From Phoronis australis (Eukaryota > Animalia > Phoronida), in the NCBI GenBank assembly GCA_002633005.1, contig NMRA01000099.1, positions 637,633 to 701,632 on the forward strand: a DNA stretch of 64,000 bases, written 5' to 3'. The notes beneath the pieces are model-generated. The model saw only the letters and a program-made list of their open reading frames with translations, ran no database searches and was not told the origin of the DNA. Each line of letters opens with the position of its first letter. Positions within the stretch are counted from its first letter, which is position 1. Below are positions 1-12,883 of the stretch, piece by piece. The position numbers and the translations under genes were made by a program.

Positions 1-776
1 AAGTATGTACAAGAAACTACATGTTGATGGACATGGCATAATGGCGGTGGGTATGTTCATACGTCACATTCGTGTCCGTGGAGCTAAGAAACTTTCAATT
101 GAACTCGCTTTTTTCAATTTTCTTGTTTTCAGAATATTGAATTCATGATTGTGATATGCAATGATATAAAGGAATGTTTAATGATGGTGACAATGTAGTC
201 ACTTGTCAAAACAAGGTAAAGGGTGGTTTTAAGCACTTTAAAAACTAGGACTTGTAAGTCTGAATTTCCCTGATGTGAACCCCGTGGCTTGTTTACAGTA
301 CCTTAAGTGTTCAAATACCTTTAATACGCCACATAACATTCAATGACGGCAGCTAACAACTGAAACTCAAAAGGAAAAAGCAGCCAACTGAAAGAAAACT
401 AGCACCCCCATTTCAACAATGAACTCTACCAGCACAGGAGAAAAACAACAATAGGATATTATGTATTATTTTTCGTGCTCCCCAATCTAACTTATCAAGT
501 TTAAATGTCATTGCTAACTCCTTGTTAAAGAGCGTCTCAGCTACTAGTCCATCGCGAGGACACGACACGTCAGATGAAGTCAGGGATCAAATGCATGACC
601 TTCCGTATAGATCCCACCAGGCCCGCTACTGAGCCACACAGCCATTGTTGTCTAAAATGAAACCGATCACTAGACGAACTTCAACAGGCTTCCTGATAAT
701 TGCCAGCACTTGTACGTTCAACGAGAACAGTAGGATTCGGCGATTTCCAAAATAAACTTGCACCAAAGGGTTTCAC

Positions 777-3700
777 TCAATGAAAGACGTAGATTAACAA
801 CAAAATCGTACAAGTCCCAATAACTGATCCCAAAATGATAGCGTCCCTTCGCTTCCGAATGTTAACCCGCTGTATTAAGCTGTTTATAGCTGGATAGCGA
901 TCTGTGGGTAGCTGGTAAAGGAACATATCACTGAACACCGTCATCAAACTTTTACATAGGACATAGAACATGTCACATCAGACATTAAGTTTTGTTGGTT
1001 TGTCAGCTAGTGAAAATTAAAGTTAAATACCAAAAAAAATTCACAAAAGAATTCTACTTTATCAGCTGTGGTGCCCATTCATTGAAAAGCAAAGTGGCCA
1101 ATCAATAAATCAGGTTAAATGATACCGAAAACATTATTTAGGTGTGCGAAAGGTACATTTTTGGTTATTTAAGCTGCAATGAAGCTGCCAGCAAACAAAA
1201 ACCATCTTTTAATTAAAGGTACTTGCAAAAACAAAACTGGTCCTTACTCAGTTTAAAAGTGAGCTCAGAGCTAAGAAAGATCCAACAATTCATTGAATGT
1301 GGCCATGCTTGGCACATAAAATGACTATACTGGGTAAAGCCATCTTATTGTGCATCACCTCCAACAATAATGGACTGTCAGTTCTTCTCAAGCACAGAAA
1401 TCACTTTTAACCAGATTATGGACATTTTGGGACTAGTTTTCTAATGGTAAATGGCATAAAGCATATAGCTCTTTATAGTAACAGAAAACTTACCCAAAGC
1501 AATTAATCAATGCACTGATAACAAACAGCTACTAAGAACTTTCATCAATAATAACTGATCAAATAGCCAGGTCAGTGTTTTTACATTCAATTCCATTACA
1601 AAGGATACTGCCAATATTCTGTATTTTTTGTGATATTGAGTTGAAGGTCCCCCTCTGGCTCAGTAAATTTTCTTTTGTGGCCATGGCAACACTGGAAAAT
1701 AAAACAATTGCCATGAAAACAGACTATACCAGGCTACCTGAATGACACAGCCATCGCACTCATTATATAGTTCTTTCACTTATCAACAAAACACATGGAA
1801 CCTATAAACGGACTTCACACACTCAAAACACGGCTCAGTAACCGCTAAACAGAGTGCCGGACTAACAAAGAACAGTTTACACACCCAAAGAATATCGTGC
1901 CTGGACTTACAAATACGGCTCACTGACACTGTGTCCTTGTTAGGCGGTCAATGATGGGTGTTTGTGAGTCTGGGCATGAGATTTTTGGGTACATAAGCCA
2001 TGTTTTGTAAGTACAGCACCGAGTCTTGTGGTTCGTTTGTCACGATAGCGAGTTGGTCTACTGAGTTTATAGATTGAACTATGCTGCATGGCGCAGAAGT
2101 TGTGTGTTCATTGAAGCCTGTATGCACAACCTAATCAGGCTAAATTAACTTAACATAGTTTGAAGTCTTGTACAAACTGATGAATTTAAAGTCACTTAAC
2201 AGTAAATCAACCTTAACATGAAAATCGCGAAAAAGGCCGAGCAACTAGACAACTATACTGGTCACAAAATTGTCCTCTCTATGACACCAATTTATTTCTG
2301 CTATTAAAAGGAATTCAGAGATCGCATATGGCTGACATGAAGCAGTCCAGTGTTGGGATGGTTTGCCAACATCGTCACAACTGAAAGCTATGACAAATTT
2401 CTTTCTCATGACTCGTCTGATTGACTAACCAGATTTATGACAAGCATTCCAGATAGTAACACAAAGACATGGGTGAATGTTATACCGTATCCGCTTGGGT
2501 TTGTAATTGGGAGATCCAAAAAACGGGAATTTTAAAGATGAATGCATTAACAAAATTTGTATGCTGTCAGTGTAAACCCTCTCATTGATGTTCCTCAGAT
2601 GGTAATACCTATGGTATTTTCCGACATGATCGCTCGGATCAGCCCATTTGTTAAACGAGGCCAATGTAACAACTCATTTTCCTACCTCCAAGACAAAGGA
2701 AATTTCAGTCCTGGACTAGCATATCGGGGAGATAGCACAGCAAGACTGCTTTAACAGTGTCAACTTAAAAAGTGCTGAATAAAACATCCCCAAAATATAT
2801 CGTAACAAGTTTGACTTTTGAAAACGGGTTCATTTTTAAAACTAAGTTATGGGTGACGGCTCTTATTCCTTTTGCAAACAATCAAAAGAGACTTTGAAAC
2901 ACTTATTTTGAGACTGTGAAATAGTATACGCATTTTGGACAAGACTTAATGATGAAGTTTTTAAACAAACTCAGTTCCGCACGAGTTAGGAAATTCCCCA
3001 GTGACAATGTAATCATTGGCATTTCTGATGCAGGAAACCTTAAAAATTATTCTATTATTGGGTAAATGGTTAATTTATATTTAGAGTCAAAAGTTGAGAT
3101 CAAAAGGAATACCGCTAAGTGGACTTTTTCACCTCATGAAACAATCTTACCTGTCGAGCGTCCATAGGCTCGTATTACACATCCAGGTATAATCCAATGT
3201 ATTTCTAAAATATTTGTGCTTAAGCCCATGGCTTTCTAACTAAAACTTTTAGGTAAGCTTACGGGTTTTTAAACATCCGTGTACTAGCGCATTGAATATC
3301 TTTTGAATGTGAGTGTGAAATACCTAGAGTGGCGAGGGTTTATCAAGAAAAGAGGATGATATAAAGTCGACTGTAATCTACGAGGTGGTGAGCTTGTACT
3401 GATGCAGGTCGGCAACAAAATTTGAGGATGGGCTTATACCTTTAAGTGGGGAATGGGGTTATACCCGGGATTGGGTGGATACGGTGTAAATCACTCATTT
3501 ATGAAGTAGTGCTACATTAATTAGTTCAGATTTATCATTTTGCTGTGAAATCCCAGTTTTCAACGAGGGGTCACGAAAGCTCAGAAGACTGAAGCAGCTG
3601 AATGATTATGAAAATCTCTCAACACAAAACATTGGACAAGTGACACATTCACTATCTAAAAGTTTTACAACAGTGAGCCGTATGCATATGCTGAAGAATT

Positions 3701-6700
3701 GTACGTTCACTGAACTATACAGTAATTGTTACCTTATCTGATCATCAACCAATCTTTCAGAACTGTAAAAGAAAAAAAGATAAAACATCCTGTGTCACCA
3801 AAACAAACGGAACGCATTTGGTTAATATGACATTTGCAAACTCAAGGTAGTTTTTCTCAGTAACTAATTTAAGACTTTTGATTGTCTGTGTTTCAATATC
3901 AATAACTGTGACTGCCAATTGGTTCTATGTAGAACCGAGTTTCTCAATAATTTATGAGAAACAGAAGTTGGAAGCACCTTGACAGAGTCCATGCGATTCA
4001 GTTTAGACAAAAATCGTTTTATACCCATGGAGGCACAGAACAAAGTCACATTTTCTGATAAATAAAATTTGCTACCCAACATAGGCAGACTTCTGCTGCT
4101 GTATGGTTTCTAAAAAATACTTACAATTTGTCGAGTAGCGTGAAACGTACAAGCACTATCTCAGTCACTCAACTACAGTAAAATATTCGCAGACATTATG
4201 ATGTGCCCTTGACTGCCATGGCCAATCAGACATAACTGCGACACATTGTGTATAAAATTCTTGTCACAAAATTCGTGCGCCTTCCAAGTACTTTTTTGAC
4301 AAAATTCAAGGACTTCTCAAGACCCTACCAGACAAGTACGGTAACCTGAAAGTTGCGACTGGTCAGGTTAGTATGGTGAGGATATGTTTGTTCATAACTT
4401 GCTCAAACCCCAATGATTGAGAAAAGAATTTCAATTTCCTGTGACAATCATATGGCAAAAACTTCAAAGGCTTTTCCAAACCTTGGTTCAAATTTAAATA
4501 CTCTTCAAGCTATGTGCCAACCATGTACGAGACGTCAACTCTAGACTCAAATAACTTTAAATATTTTTCACAGTTGTAATGAACCAGAAGTAAGAATAGC
4601 GATATGGGACCCGTTCCAAGAAAGCTCACTTAATAGCTAAGACAAATCTTAAATTTCATTAAAGTTTAAGATAAAAATTAAATTTGTCTCAAGTTCATTT
4701 CAAGAAAGAGATCTTAAGTTTGACTTAAGTTTTGTCTTAATTTTGCATGTGCGGCACACCACAGGAGGCTGAGGGGGCTATAGCCCCCACTTTTTTCAAT
4801 GCTACACTACCCATGGGCTATAGGCAGTACACCACAGGGAGGCTGGGGGGCTATAGCCCCCACTTTTTCAGCGCTGCGCCACCCATGTTTTGACTATCTT
4901 ACCTAACGTGTAAATTTCAAAGTTTGGAAGTTGAGACAAATCTTAGACTTAAGTCAAAAATGAGCTTAAGTCAGTTTCTTGGAACGGGCCCAAGGCCAAC
5001 AACTCACTTTCGAATGTGTTCATGCTCTTTCAAATACAAGTCCGCTCTTCTGTTCAACCCCGATGAATTTTTGTATGCACTGAAAATAAATATGCATTAC
5101 AGCCAAATTGTAGTAAACAAAAAACAAAAGTACAACCACGTGGAAACCCATGAAATTCAACCATTCACCAAAAGCAGCAAAAACAAATCATACAATTCAG
5201 AAATAACACTTGTCCAGTGACTACAGATAAAAATGCGTTTGATGGTACTTGAAACACAGTCCAGATGTTTCACGTTGCATACTCAAAATAGATAAAACGC
5301 TGCAAGAACCATGCAAATAAATGAAAATGCTGGAACAGCTACTGACAGTGTTTCTGACTTGTGGTAACGGAGTGTCACTTTTAACAAATTGTGCCAGCAA
5401 ACCAAGCTACTGACTCTATGTCTCTTCGCACAGATCCCAGTAAGTCTTCCCTCTCTCGACATGCTGTGATATTTGTCTTTGTCTTTTGGAACTCGTGTGA
5501 GTAGTCCTGCAAAATGTCTCGGTGTCTCTGCAGCGTGTGCATCAATGCAGAGCTTTGTCCGTTCAAACCCACATTGTTCGAGTAGTCTGCCATTTCATCG
5601 TTCACTTGAGTTAGCTGAAGTATGATATACGGTATGGTTAGATGATGTCAAAATATTTGAACACCTCCTTCATCAGTAATACCAAGCTCACCACTTTCAT
5701 ACATCAGTTGGAGATCTCTGAACAAATCCCATCATGAGCATGTGGTGCCATCTATAGACAACAACTGGTGCTCTATCATTATTAATTTTATGATTAAACT
5801 CGCAATTGTGAAAATGTAACATACGTTACTAAGAAATGGTAATAATCACTTACACCAGGTACCGCACTTTGAGAACCAGTTTCCTCCAATGAATAAGAGG
5901 CATAAAACTGGTTATCAAGGTGCCCTGTAAGTGACTATTGCCAAGAAGCTTGATCATGATGCACAAGCACTACAATAAAATTAAGAGGCTCATTTCATCC
6001 ATTATCAATACAGCATTGAGGTCTCTACTCAAAAGAAAAAAACGTTTGGGTGTTAACATGGAGCAACTTGACAACAGAAACATTGGATGCCACGACGACG
6101 CGCTTTGAACGAGGATTTTCAAGGATAATAATGATTTATCTAGAAAACTTTCAATATATTTTCCATCAAAGATAAAGGTGCACATAAATACCAGTGAATT
6201 AAAATACACAGTTCATTACATGACGATACTTGTACCAGCATTGCTATACATTCAGAACGTCTGATTTGAGTTTTAAGCTTGTAGCGTATAATTCTCGTGT
6301 GACCATTCACAGGTTCAGTATCTACCTTCGCTAACAGCTGTTCAATTTCCAGTGTCATGGTTTCAAACATGTGTTCACTGTTGGATTTATTGAGAAGCGG
6401 AGACGTGTCACTGAAAAAAACAAATGCAGTCTTCTCAAACAATCATTTGATACAGATCTATAAAAACGAATGAGTAGGTGAAATCTGGCAAGGCTTCTGC
6501 CTAACTGAGACACAACATTGTAATGAAAATTTTCACAACAAAAATTAGTGTTGTCGGTTGCAAAATTACGTTGTGTATAAATATGCCCAGTGTGGGTGGC
6601 CGAGCAGCACTAATGTCATTATTTATGCGACCTGCGAATAGGCTTTCATGTACATACTCATAATAGAAATAATCAGTTCAAGAAACAAACTTTCACAAAA

Positions 6701-9203
6701 ATTCATATTTCTATACATTGTAGGCATCTCTTGCAAACATGAGGCAGGCGGTGAGAAAAGGGCTAGAATAAGGCTAATGTAACTCTTACTGAAAAGTTGA
6801 AACATCAAAACAATAAATTAGAGTTATCCAAATGATAGGAATCACTGTACATATTTGAATATAGCTACTGTAGATGTTAACTCACGTGGATGGACCATAG
6901 TCCCTCTGACTACTGTAGTTTGTGCCAAGTTTACTGAAGGAGACCAGCTTCAGATCTATTTCATTCTCAAGTTGCCTGGCTCTTTTGCGTAGCTCTAGAA
7001 AAATAATAACACGATCAAGATTACAATAAAATCTCACAATCTAATACATAATACAACAGACAATGCAACAGAATAGAGCATAAGTGAAGGATCACCAAAA
7101 AGTGGTAGCCACTAACACTCCCCCATATGCTTCGAAAGCTTTTTAGTAAAGGAATAGTTCCGACAAACGCAGTAAGGACACGCCCATCATAGTTACTGTT
7201 GCAGTGACACTTTGCAAGCAACAGATTCTCTACACAGTGTTTCATGATCATATGGGGAGGCAGTGTGGCCTAGTGTGATAGGTGTCCCTTTTCTTTACTC
7301 GAGGTCGTGGGTTCAAGTCCCATTGAGTCACACCGCTAAACCCTTGAGTCAAGTTTCTAGCTCCTCTGCTCGGTTTTAACTATATATTAATAAAGCATAA
7401 AAATGGTTCCAGGTGATCAGTACAATGTGCCCACATGGGCGGCCTGTTCATGTCTGGTACAACATGTATCAGACCGCCTGCAATTATTTTTTTCATGATC
7501 ATATTTCACTGAAATTATTACCACATAGTGGTGCATTATCAAAATGTGTCCTGGAAATGCACACAAACTGTTGCGCACTGCAGTATCTTCATGATGCCAA
7601 GCAGGCCTTCATGCAGCGTACGTCCTGGGCGTCCAAATGGACGCCCCAGCACTAATATGGACGCCCTGGCAAGGACGCCCAATGTATCATTTGGACGCCC
7701 ACTATCAATAGGAACCTTTCAAGTTTGGACACACGCATTGTAATGATTACTAGGAAGCCTCTGAAGGCTCACAGTGGGGGCTCTTTTTCAAAGCAGGAAG
7801 AAATATACAATGTATATACAAAGTATATACAATGTTTCTATGCTCACACTTCCTTGATAGCATTGTAAAAGTCTTGGTCTACACCAATTTTTTTATTAAA
7901 AATGCTCACTACAGAAGGCTGTTTTGTAACCTTAGATGAAAAACCTTGGTCTATGCATTTTTTGTAAAAAAATCTGTGTGTTTGGGGGGATTGCTGGGGA
8001 TGGGGGGTTACGCGTCGGAATTATGGACGCCCTGGAATATTGGGAACCTCATTTTGGACACCCTATTTTCGAAATCCTGGATGAAGGCCTGATGCCAAGT
8101 CTTTGAATTATTCCTAGATTACGTCAGCCCAGGTCAAGCTTCATTAACAGATGTACGATCGATTCAGATTCAAACATCACCTCTGCCTCCTAACCTGGTG
8201 GATGATGTCATTGCTGAACAGCAGACAATTCAGGATAACAGTATTTTGTTTAAAAGGGCAGTTACATGTGACTATTATGACGATTAGTTAGTATACATCA
8301 AGAACATGAAACAGACATGATGACAGTCAACATGTGACTGGGCTCAATTTGGCTACCAGCAGGTCGCCATTGCTACTCCAGACTTTGTTCTGTAACCTGG
8401 TAAAAATCTCAAGTTGGGCAATCTAGTAAAAATCCCAGGTTGCCACGAAGTTGCCACCCCACATCCAAGTATGCACTCAAAGTACTACACACTGGCCGAA
8501 TATATCAGCCCCTAATTTTAAGAACCAGGCAATCACTGAATAACAGTTATTCAGTGGATAAAACTGGTTCTCAAAATCAGGGACCGTTATATCCGACCAG
8601 TGACATACTACAGAAAGTAAACAGATGGAAGTTGGAATGGTTCGGAAATACCGGAAGGGCACGTTCATGTTTGTCTGCCCCAGAAGGTGGGCCTACATAC
8701 GAGATATTGGGCTCAAAAGGTGGAAATTGGTCATCAAAGCCCATGCGGGATGCTTCTAATTTTCTACTTGCGTAAAAACTTGCCAGGCTGAGCTGAATTC
8801 GGTAGCTTTTCACTTCACAGTTCAGGTATCAGGTTTATTTCAATTTTCAGCTCTTTTCAACAGGGTTTAACGACCTCACTTCCCGTTTGGCGACCTGAGA
8901 ATTTCGCATTTGGCGAGTTGAATTAATACTAAGCGTTGAGCCGTGTGATGCGTTGTTACAACTTGTAATGCTGGCTGTTGCGCATGACTCGCGGAAGTCT
9001 CTCACAGAACTGAACTCAGATACAAGATTTGTGAGCATTAGTTCACGCCAAGTTAGGCAAGCATGTTTCCGGTTCCGACAAAAGAGAAAAAATAAATCTG
9101 ATAAACGACACATTACTAATCAACAAATACAACAATATCTGTAGATGAAATAAAATATGAACAACTCATGAATACCTTCCCACTGATTTCCCATATCGGC
9201 CAT
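777..9203 (-). CDS. GOSR1: Golgi SNAP receptor complex member 1 (GS28/GOS-28), complete 8-exon CDS, 243 aa
   Basis: Exons (minus): 9176-9203, 6886-6994, 6326-6410, 5415-5614, 5008-5079, 3733-3762, 1609-1691, 777-901. All GT-AG, phases compatible, total 732 nt. Protein MADMGNQWEELRKRARQLENEIDLKLVSFSKLG...ALMHTLQRHRDILQDYSHEF...RYPAINSLIQRVNIRKRRDAIILGSVIGTCTILLLIYVFH has the GOSR1 signature segments and a C-terminal TM anchor. Confidence 0.96.
902..1608 (-). other. U12-type (minor spliceosome) GT-AG intron, last intron of GOSR1
   Basis: Donor reads GTATCCTTT (U12 consensus RTATCCTTT). The 3' end reads TTCCTTTACCAGCTACCCACAG: a U12-like branch site (consensus TTCCTTAAC, 1 mismatch) about 13 nt from the AG, with no separate polypyrimidine tract. 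Confidence 0.85.
2760..3190 (+). mobile_element. Degenerate L1/Tx1-like LINE 3' fragment (zf-RVT zinc knuckle); second copy ~14210-14640
   Basis: One frame reads (C/Y)SFCKQSKETLKHLF*DCEIVYAFW, a CxxC...HxxxxC motif typical of L1/Tx1 ORF2 C-termini, with an in-frame stop. Boundaries approximate. Confidence 0.65.
4606..4991. mobile_element. Harbinger/PIF-like MITE (hosts a nested CATG element); second copy ~16077-16424
   Basis: Left GGGACCCGTTCCAAGAAA is inverted relative to right TTTCTTGGAACGGGCCC. Internal CTTAAG/CTTAAA repeats. TSD not clear. Confidence 0.55.
4746..4887. mobile_element. Mini element with CATG termini and 5-bp TSD (TTTTG), built of two ~70-bp units; allele at 16214-16347
   Basis: TTTTG|CATG...CATG|TTTTG in both copies. 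Copy B has a perfect 10-bp TIR, CATGGGCGGC/GCCGCCCATG. Confidence 0.7.
7254..7420 (+). mobile_element. tRNA-derived SINE (degenerate); second copy ~18686-18852
   Basis: Pol III A-box TGGCCTAGTG (7266-7275) and B-box GGTTCAAGTCC (7310-7320), followed by a CCCTTGAG-type SINE core. No closed cloverleaf. Confidence 0.65.
7602..8091. mobile_element. hAT-type MITE, 490 bp, polymorphic insertion in GOSR1 intron 1
   Basis: 15-bp TIR CAGGCCTTCAT(G/C)CAG. Perfect 8-bp TSD ATGCCAAG (7594-7601, 8092-8099). Subterminal GGACGCCC repeats. Copy B has the empty site (single ATGCCAAG at 19026-19033). Confidence 0.92.
8490..8602. mobile_element. 113-bp palindromic MITE with CACTG termini (CMC: EnSpm/Chapaev-like); allele 19430-19547
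   Basis: CACTGGCCGAATATA...TATATCCGACCAGTG arms, central hairpin CACTGAATAAC/GTTATTCAGTG, 3-bp flanking repeat ACA. Confidence 0.6.
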
Positions 9204-9459
9204 AACCAACGTCACACAACAATAACTGGTCCTCGAGAATCTTACTCACGGAGCATTGCAACCTATAACCAGATATTAATGTACCCGCAAAATACCAAAT
9301 TGATTCAGATTTTCGTTTTTCTGACCTGGTTGTCCATGGTCTGTGATGAAATGCTATTTAACTTCGAAAAGGAATAATAAACAGACCTTGTGATTATTTA
9401 TGGTTTCAATATACAATTTCTTTTTACTAGACAGGGACAACCTCAATGAGCTATATATA

Positions 9460-9690
9460 TATTTATTTGATTGGACAGCCATCCTGCTCGCTGGCGCTGC
9501 GCGAAAATCATACCGAGTCGGGCAGCGCCACCGGGAAATATATCAGTGATAGGCCTACCGTTAATGAACGCGCGTAGTTCTGCTGCCCATTCCGAAATAT
9601 TTTTTTTTTTTTGCTCAGTTCAGTTTTCCATCAGGCAGTCACGGGGACGTTTTGGTGTTTTCCAGTGGATTGACCAATGAGCACCAAGGT
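9460..9690. promoter_or_regulatory. Probable GOSR1 promoter region (allele ~20410-20620)
   Basis: Local CpG/GC enrichment 250-500 bp upstream of the GOSR1 ATG, with CCAAT boxes (ATTGG ~9470, CCAAT ~9675). TSS not determinable. Confidence 0.45.
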
Positions 9691-10588
9691 CCACTAACTA
9701 GCCGGTCCATAGCCTATCTAGACCTAGTTGCATGACTTCAAAGCGTTTAAGTCCAAACTGATTTTAATTAAAAGATCGATCGCTTCCAGTATTTTAAAGT
9801 ACCGTGACGCGAATTCGGCATAAGCCCACAGATTCCGTCACAAAACTAACTTAAGGCCAGTAAGACCGATGAAATTACTTGTTTCGACATTGCTCATGCT
9901 AATACATTACTGTACTAAAAAATCGGCCCGAGAAAATTAGGCTGTACTGAAGACTCCATTCTAGTATACTCCATTTGGTATAGTTTTATCATAGGATAGC
10001 TAATACACTCGGCATTGAAATATTAAAATATAAGCGACTCCACACTAAAACTATAGTCGGTAAACCGTCTGTTTAGAGCTGACGGAATGACTGAATAGTA
10101 GGCTCAAACTCATCTCTTAATACGCCGAATACTTTCATGGCATGAAATAAAACAATGGCCTCAAAGATACGGTATTGCATGGGGATTTAGCGGTTCATAA
10201 TCAGTCTGAAGTGCCGATGAGAGTATTTTGGGGATTGCTATAGGTCAGGATAGACTTATCTTGAAGTTAATAGGTAGGCCCTAAATGTCCCTGAAAATTT
10301 TAAAATAACAAAATCCTATGCAAAAGCGCCGAGTCTCGGCGTTGGATCAAGTACGTTCATGGAGGCATTTAGAATGTTCGGTTACCTATCCTGTAACGTC
10401 GTACCAAAAATGAAAAATATTTATCCAATGTGAGCGTGAGTGAAGCTCCGCTGTTCTTGAAATACAAAAAGGATTATTAATAGCCTGACATGCTATTTTA
10501 TAAATTACTTTGGTAAATGTGCTCATATTATATCGTTATAAGGCTCACTAATGAAACTTGAATAAACATTTTTCCTGATAATCCAATT

Positions 10589-10728
10589 CATGCGCGCAGC
10601 CAGCCTTTAAAATGGGGGGCTCGAATTTCTGACAAAGTGGACCTTTTGCTAACAAAAAACGGAAGGACTAAAAAAAACGGGGTACCATCTACATGTGAAC
10701 AGTACGTCTGCGCCTGGGTGCGCGCATA
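10589..10728. mobile_element. CATG-terminal MITE (same family as 23655-23906, opposite orientation); longer allele ~21394-21633
   Basis: CATGCGCGCAGCCAG...CTGGGTGCGCGCAT(A) TIR with near-TSD CAATT/TAATT. Copy A lacks ~80 bp of internal sequence, deleted at a CCT microhomology. Confidence 0.6.
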
Positions 10729-11544
10729 TAATTAAAATCAATGGTTCTGTATTTAAGAATGAGTTTCGGGAATTTTTTGTACCCAGATCGAAGATCATGA
10801 GTCGCTTCGATGTAAAACGTGCAAATATCGGTTCGATTTGATTTTTAACCGTCATTTTTTCCAAACTCACGTTCAAAAAATTTGAAGCTGAATTTCGCTC
10901 CATTTTGGTGGCTATAGAAAGAGAGTGGACTTGGGTCTGTTACTGTTATAAAATCGGCCTCACGATACTCTTAATGGGATAGGATCCCATTTTCTTTACC
11001 AACTCAAGTAACAAGCCTACGTACATGTGCCATTTTTAATTAACAATTTTATGATTGGCCAACACCAATAAACAATGAAATAGCCTTCTTGGGTCTCTAA
11101 TGATTTCAAAGTTTTTTTGGTAAAGGAAATTGAATCCTATCACCAAAAGGAATATGATGATACCGATTTAACTAGAGTGAATTTTTTACCTAAACATCAT
11201 TCAACAAAGAATGGACTCACCTGAGACAGCCCAAGAGTTGTTATCTCTGCGGTGATTTTTGTTGTGTAGTCAGCTAAGCAGGGGGGAATGCAGATTTAAA
11301 TTAATACCACCGTGTTTGTCCGTTTGTTTAGGATTTGCCTAAATGCTCACTACTGGGCCCGTTTCTGTCTGCGAAGAATTTTTCTTGTCTCCTAGGCCAT
11401 GAGAATTGTAAAATTCCCGGTAAAATATGCGAAACAGATTGAGAAGCATCGTGTTGAGAAATAGCGTACACGAGCATAAATAATCTCAATTGCGTTGTCA
11501 GCTTCTTGTAAAACGGAGGCCTGTTTACCTTTTTTTTTTCTAAA

Positions 11545-12051
11545 ATGGATGAAATCGTTGGAACATGGCAAGTTGTTAGAGTTGACGAGAGTGAGGATGC
11601 CTTGTATAAGAAATTAGGTAAAAACCAATAACAACTCGTTTTATACTATTTTGTGAGCAATTTTTATCATTGCGTAAATCAGCCACTTGCGGGACATCAC
11701 GTTATCTTCTAGAGTTCAGACTAGCCCTGATTGGCGGCGAGTGGAATCTACAGGCCATATACGAATGAAATCATTAGCATAATTTATTTGACACCAATTT
11801 AGTAATGTCTCGACTAAATCATGTTATTGTTCGCATAGCACTGTTGGTATATCTTGCTCGTTCCAGGTTTTCCTTCAGAGAACGTTGCCAAAATGAAGGA
11901 GTTTCGACCCACCTACTCGTTCTACGTCAGGGGCAGTAAAATTTGGGTTAGCTCTAAGGTTAATACGCCAGGGGAATCTATTTCTAACCATTACGAATAC
12001 GAAATTGGAAAACCCAAACGTACCAAGTCCATGTTTGGAAATCATGCCGAG
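11545..12051 (+). CDS. FABP/iLBP-like gene, exons 1-2 only (truncated at the contig junction; allele of 22386-26261)
   Basis: Exons 11545-11617 (73 nt, MDEIVGTWQVV...LYKKLG) and 11867-12051 (185 nt). Nearly identical to copy B, with a P/S change at residue 27. Confidence 0.75.
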
Positions 12052-12389
12052 GTTAGTAAACAAATTTAAAGAAACTCTCTTGTTGACTAAAGAGATGTTT
12101 TTCTATTTGAATTTCAACATTTCTTCACTAACAGCAAGCTCAGCTCTTGAAAATTTCCAATGGCACACATCGNAACCCCCTTCTTGCAACTGTCAATAGC
12201 CATACAGAGTCTTTAAAACATTGATAGTGGTATGGAATCTTTTTTTTGGTGGATCAAATTAACTTTTCTTCTTTATATAATCACACAGGTACCCTATAGA
12301 TTGAGTGTGGTTTCTCAAGTTGTCTCTGTAGTTGGAATTTGGTGGTGATTTTACCATGACCCTATTGTTGTATGTAGCTTTGCTACTAA

Positions 12390-12883
12390 AGGTTATGTAG
12401 GACCCTATTGACTTGTCCATGTATATAGCCAAATGTCTACAAAACGATAGATTTTAATTGAGTAAAAGTATATATTATTTTCTGAAAATAGAAAGCATGT
12501 AGAATGAATGTACTATTATTTGGATCACATAACTATGTCTTTTTCGAAAAATTTGGTGAAAACGAAAGATACAACCATAACAAAACAACGGTATCAATAA
12601 CAAGATCAAATTTCGCTCGATAGAAATTTCAAAAATGTTGTTACAGTTTTCTGAATTATTTTGTTTTCGTTCGATGCAACTTTTTGATTTTTTTCATAAA
12701 AATCAAGAATCCTTTTTTGATACCCCTCAAGTAAAAGTGGAAACAATTCTTAAAGTGTTTTAGAACAGTGTATAAAGCAAGATTGTATCTTAAAGTTCCA
12801 CATGAACCCGATCAGCCATTTCTGAAGTATGATGTTCCGAAGTTTGCCAAATTTGGCCATTTTTCTAAGGTCCTACATAACCT
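12390..12883. mobile_element. Kolobok-like MITE; related ends at ~33179-33196 and ~57372-57590
   Basis: Perfect 15-bp TIR AGGTTATGTAGGACC with degenerate TTAA-like flanks (CTAA/TAAA). The 3' ~80 bp recurs at ~57510-57590. Confidence 0.65.

Larger units (their letters stand above)
2577..12172. repeat. Copy A of ~9.5-kb near-identical direct duplication (partner 14029-23012); probable haplotype overlap
   Basis: Collinear match with SNPs and indels. Copy A ends exactly at the single N (12173), whereas copy B continues into unique sequence. Confidence 0.9.

Noticed and set aside
4924-5220. 98-aa + strand ORF conserved in both duplicate copies
   Set aside because: Antisense to GOSR1 exon 5 plus MITE sequence; the conservation only reflects the duplication.
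7254-7330. Possible tRNA gene
   Set aside because: A and B boxes are present, but there is no acceptor or anticodon stem and a SINE-like core follows.
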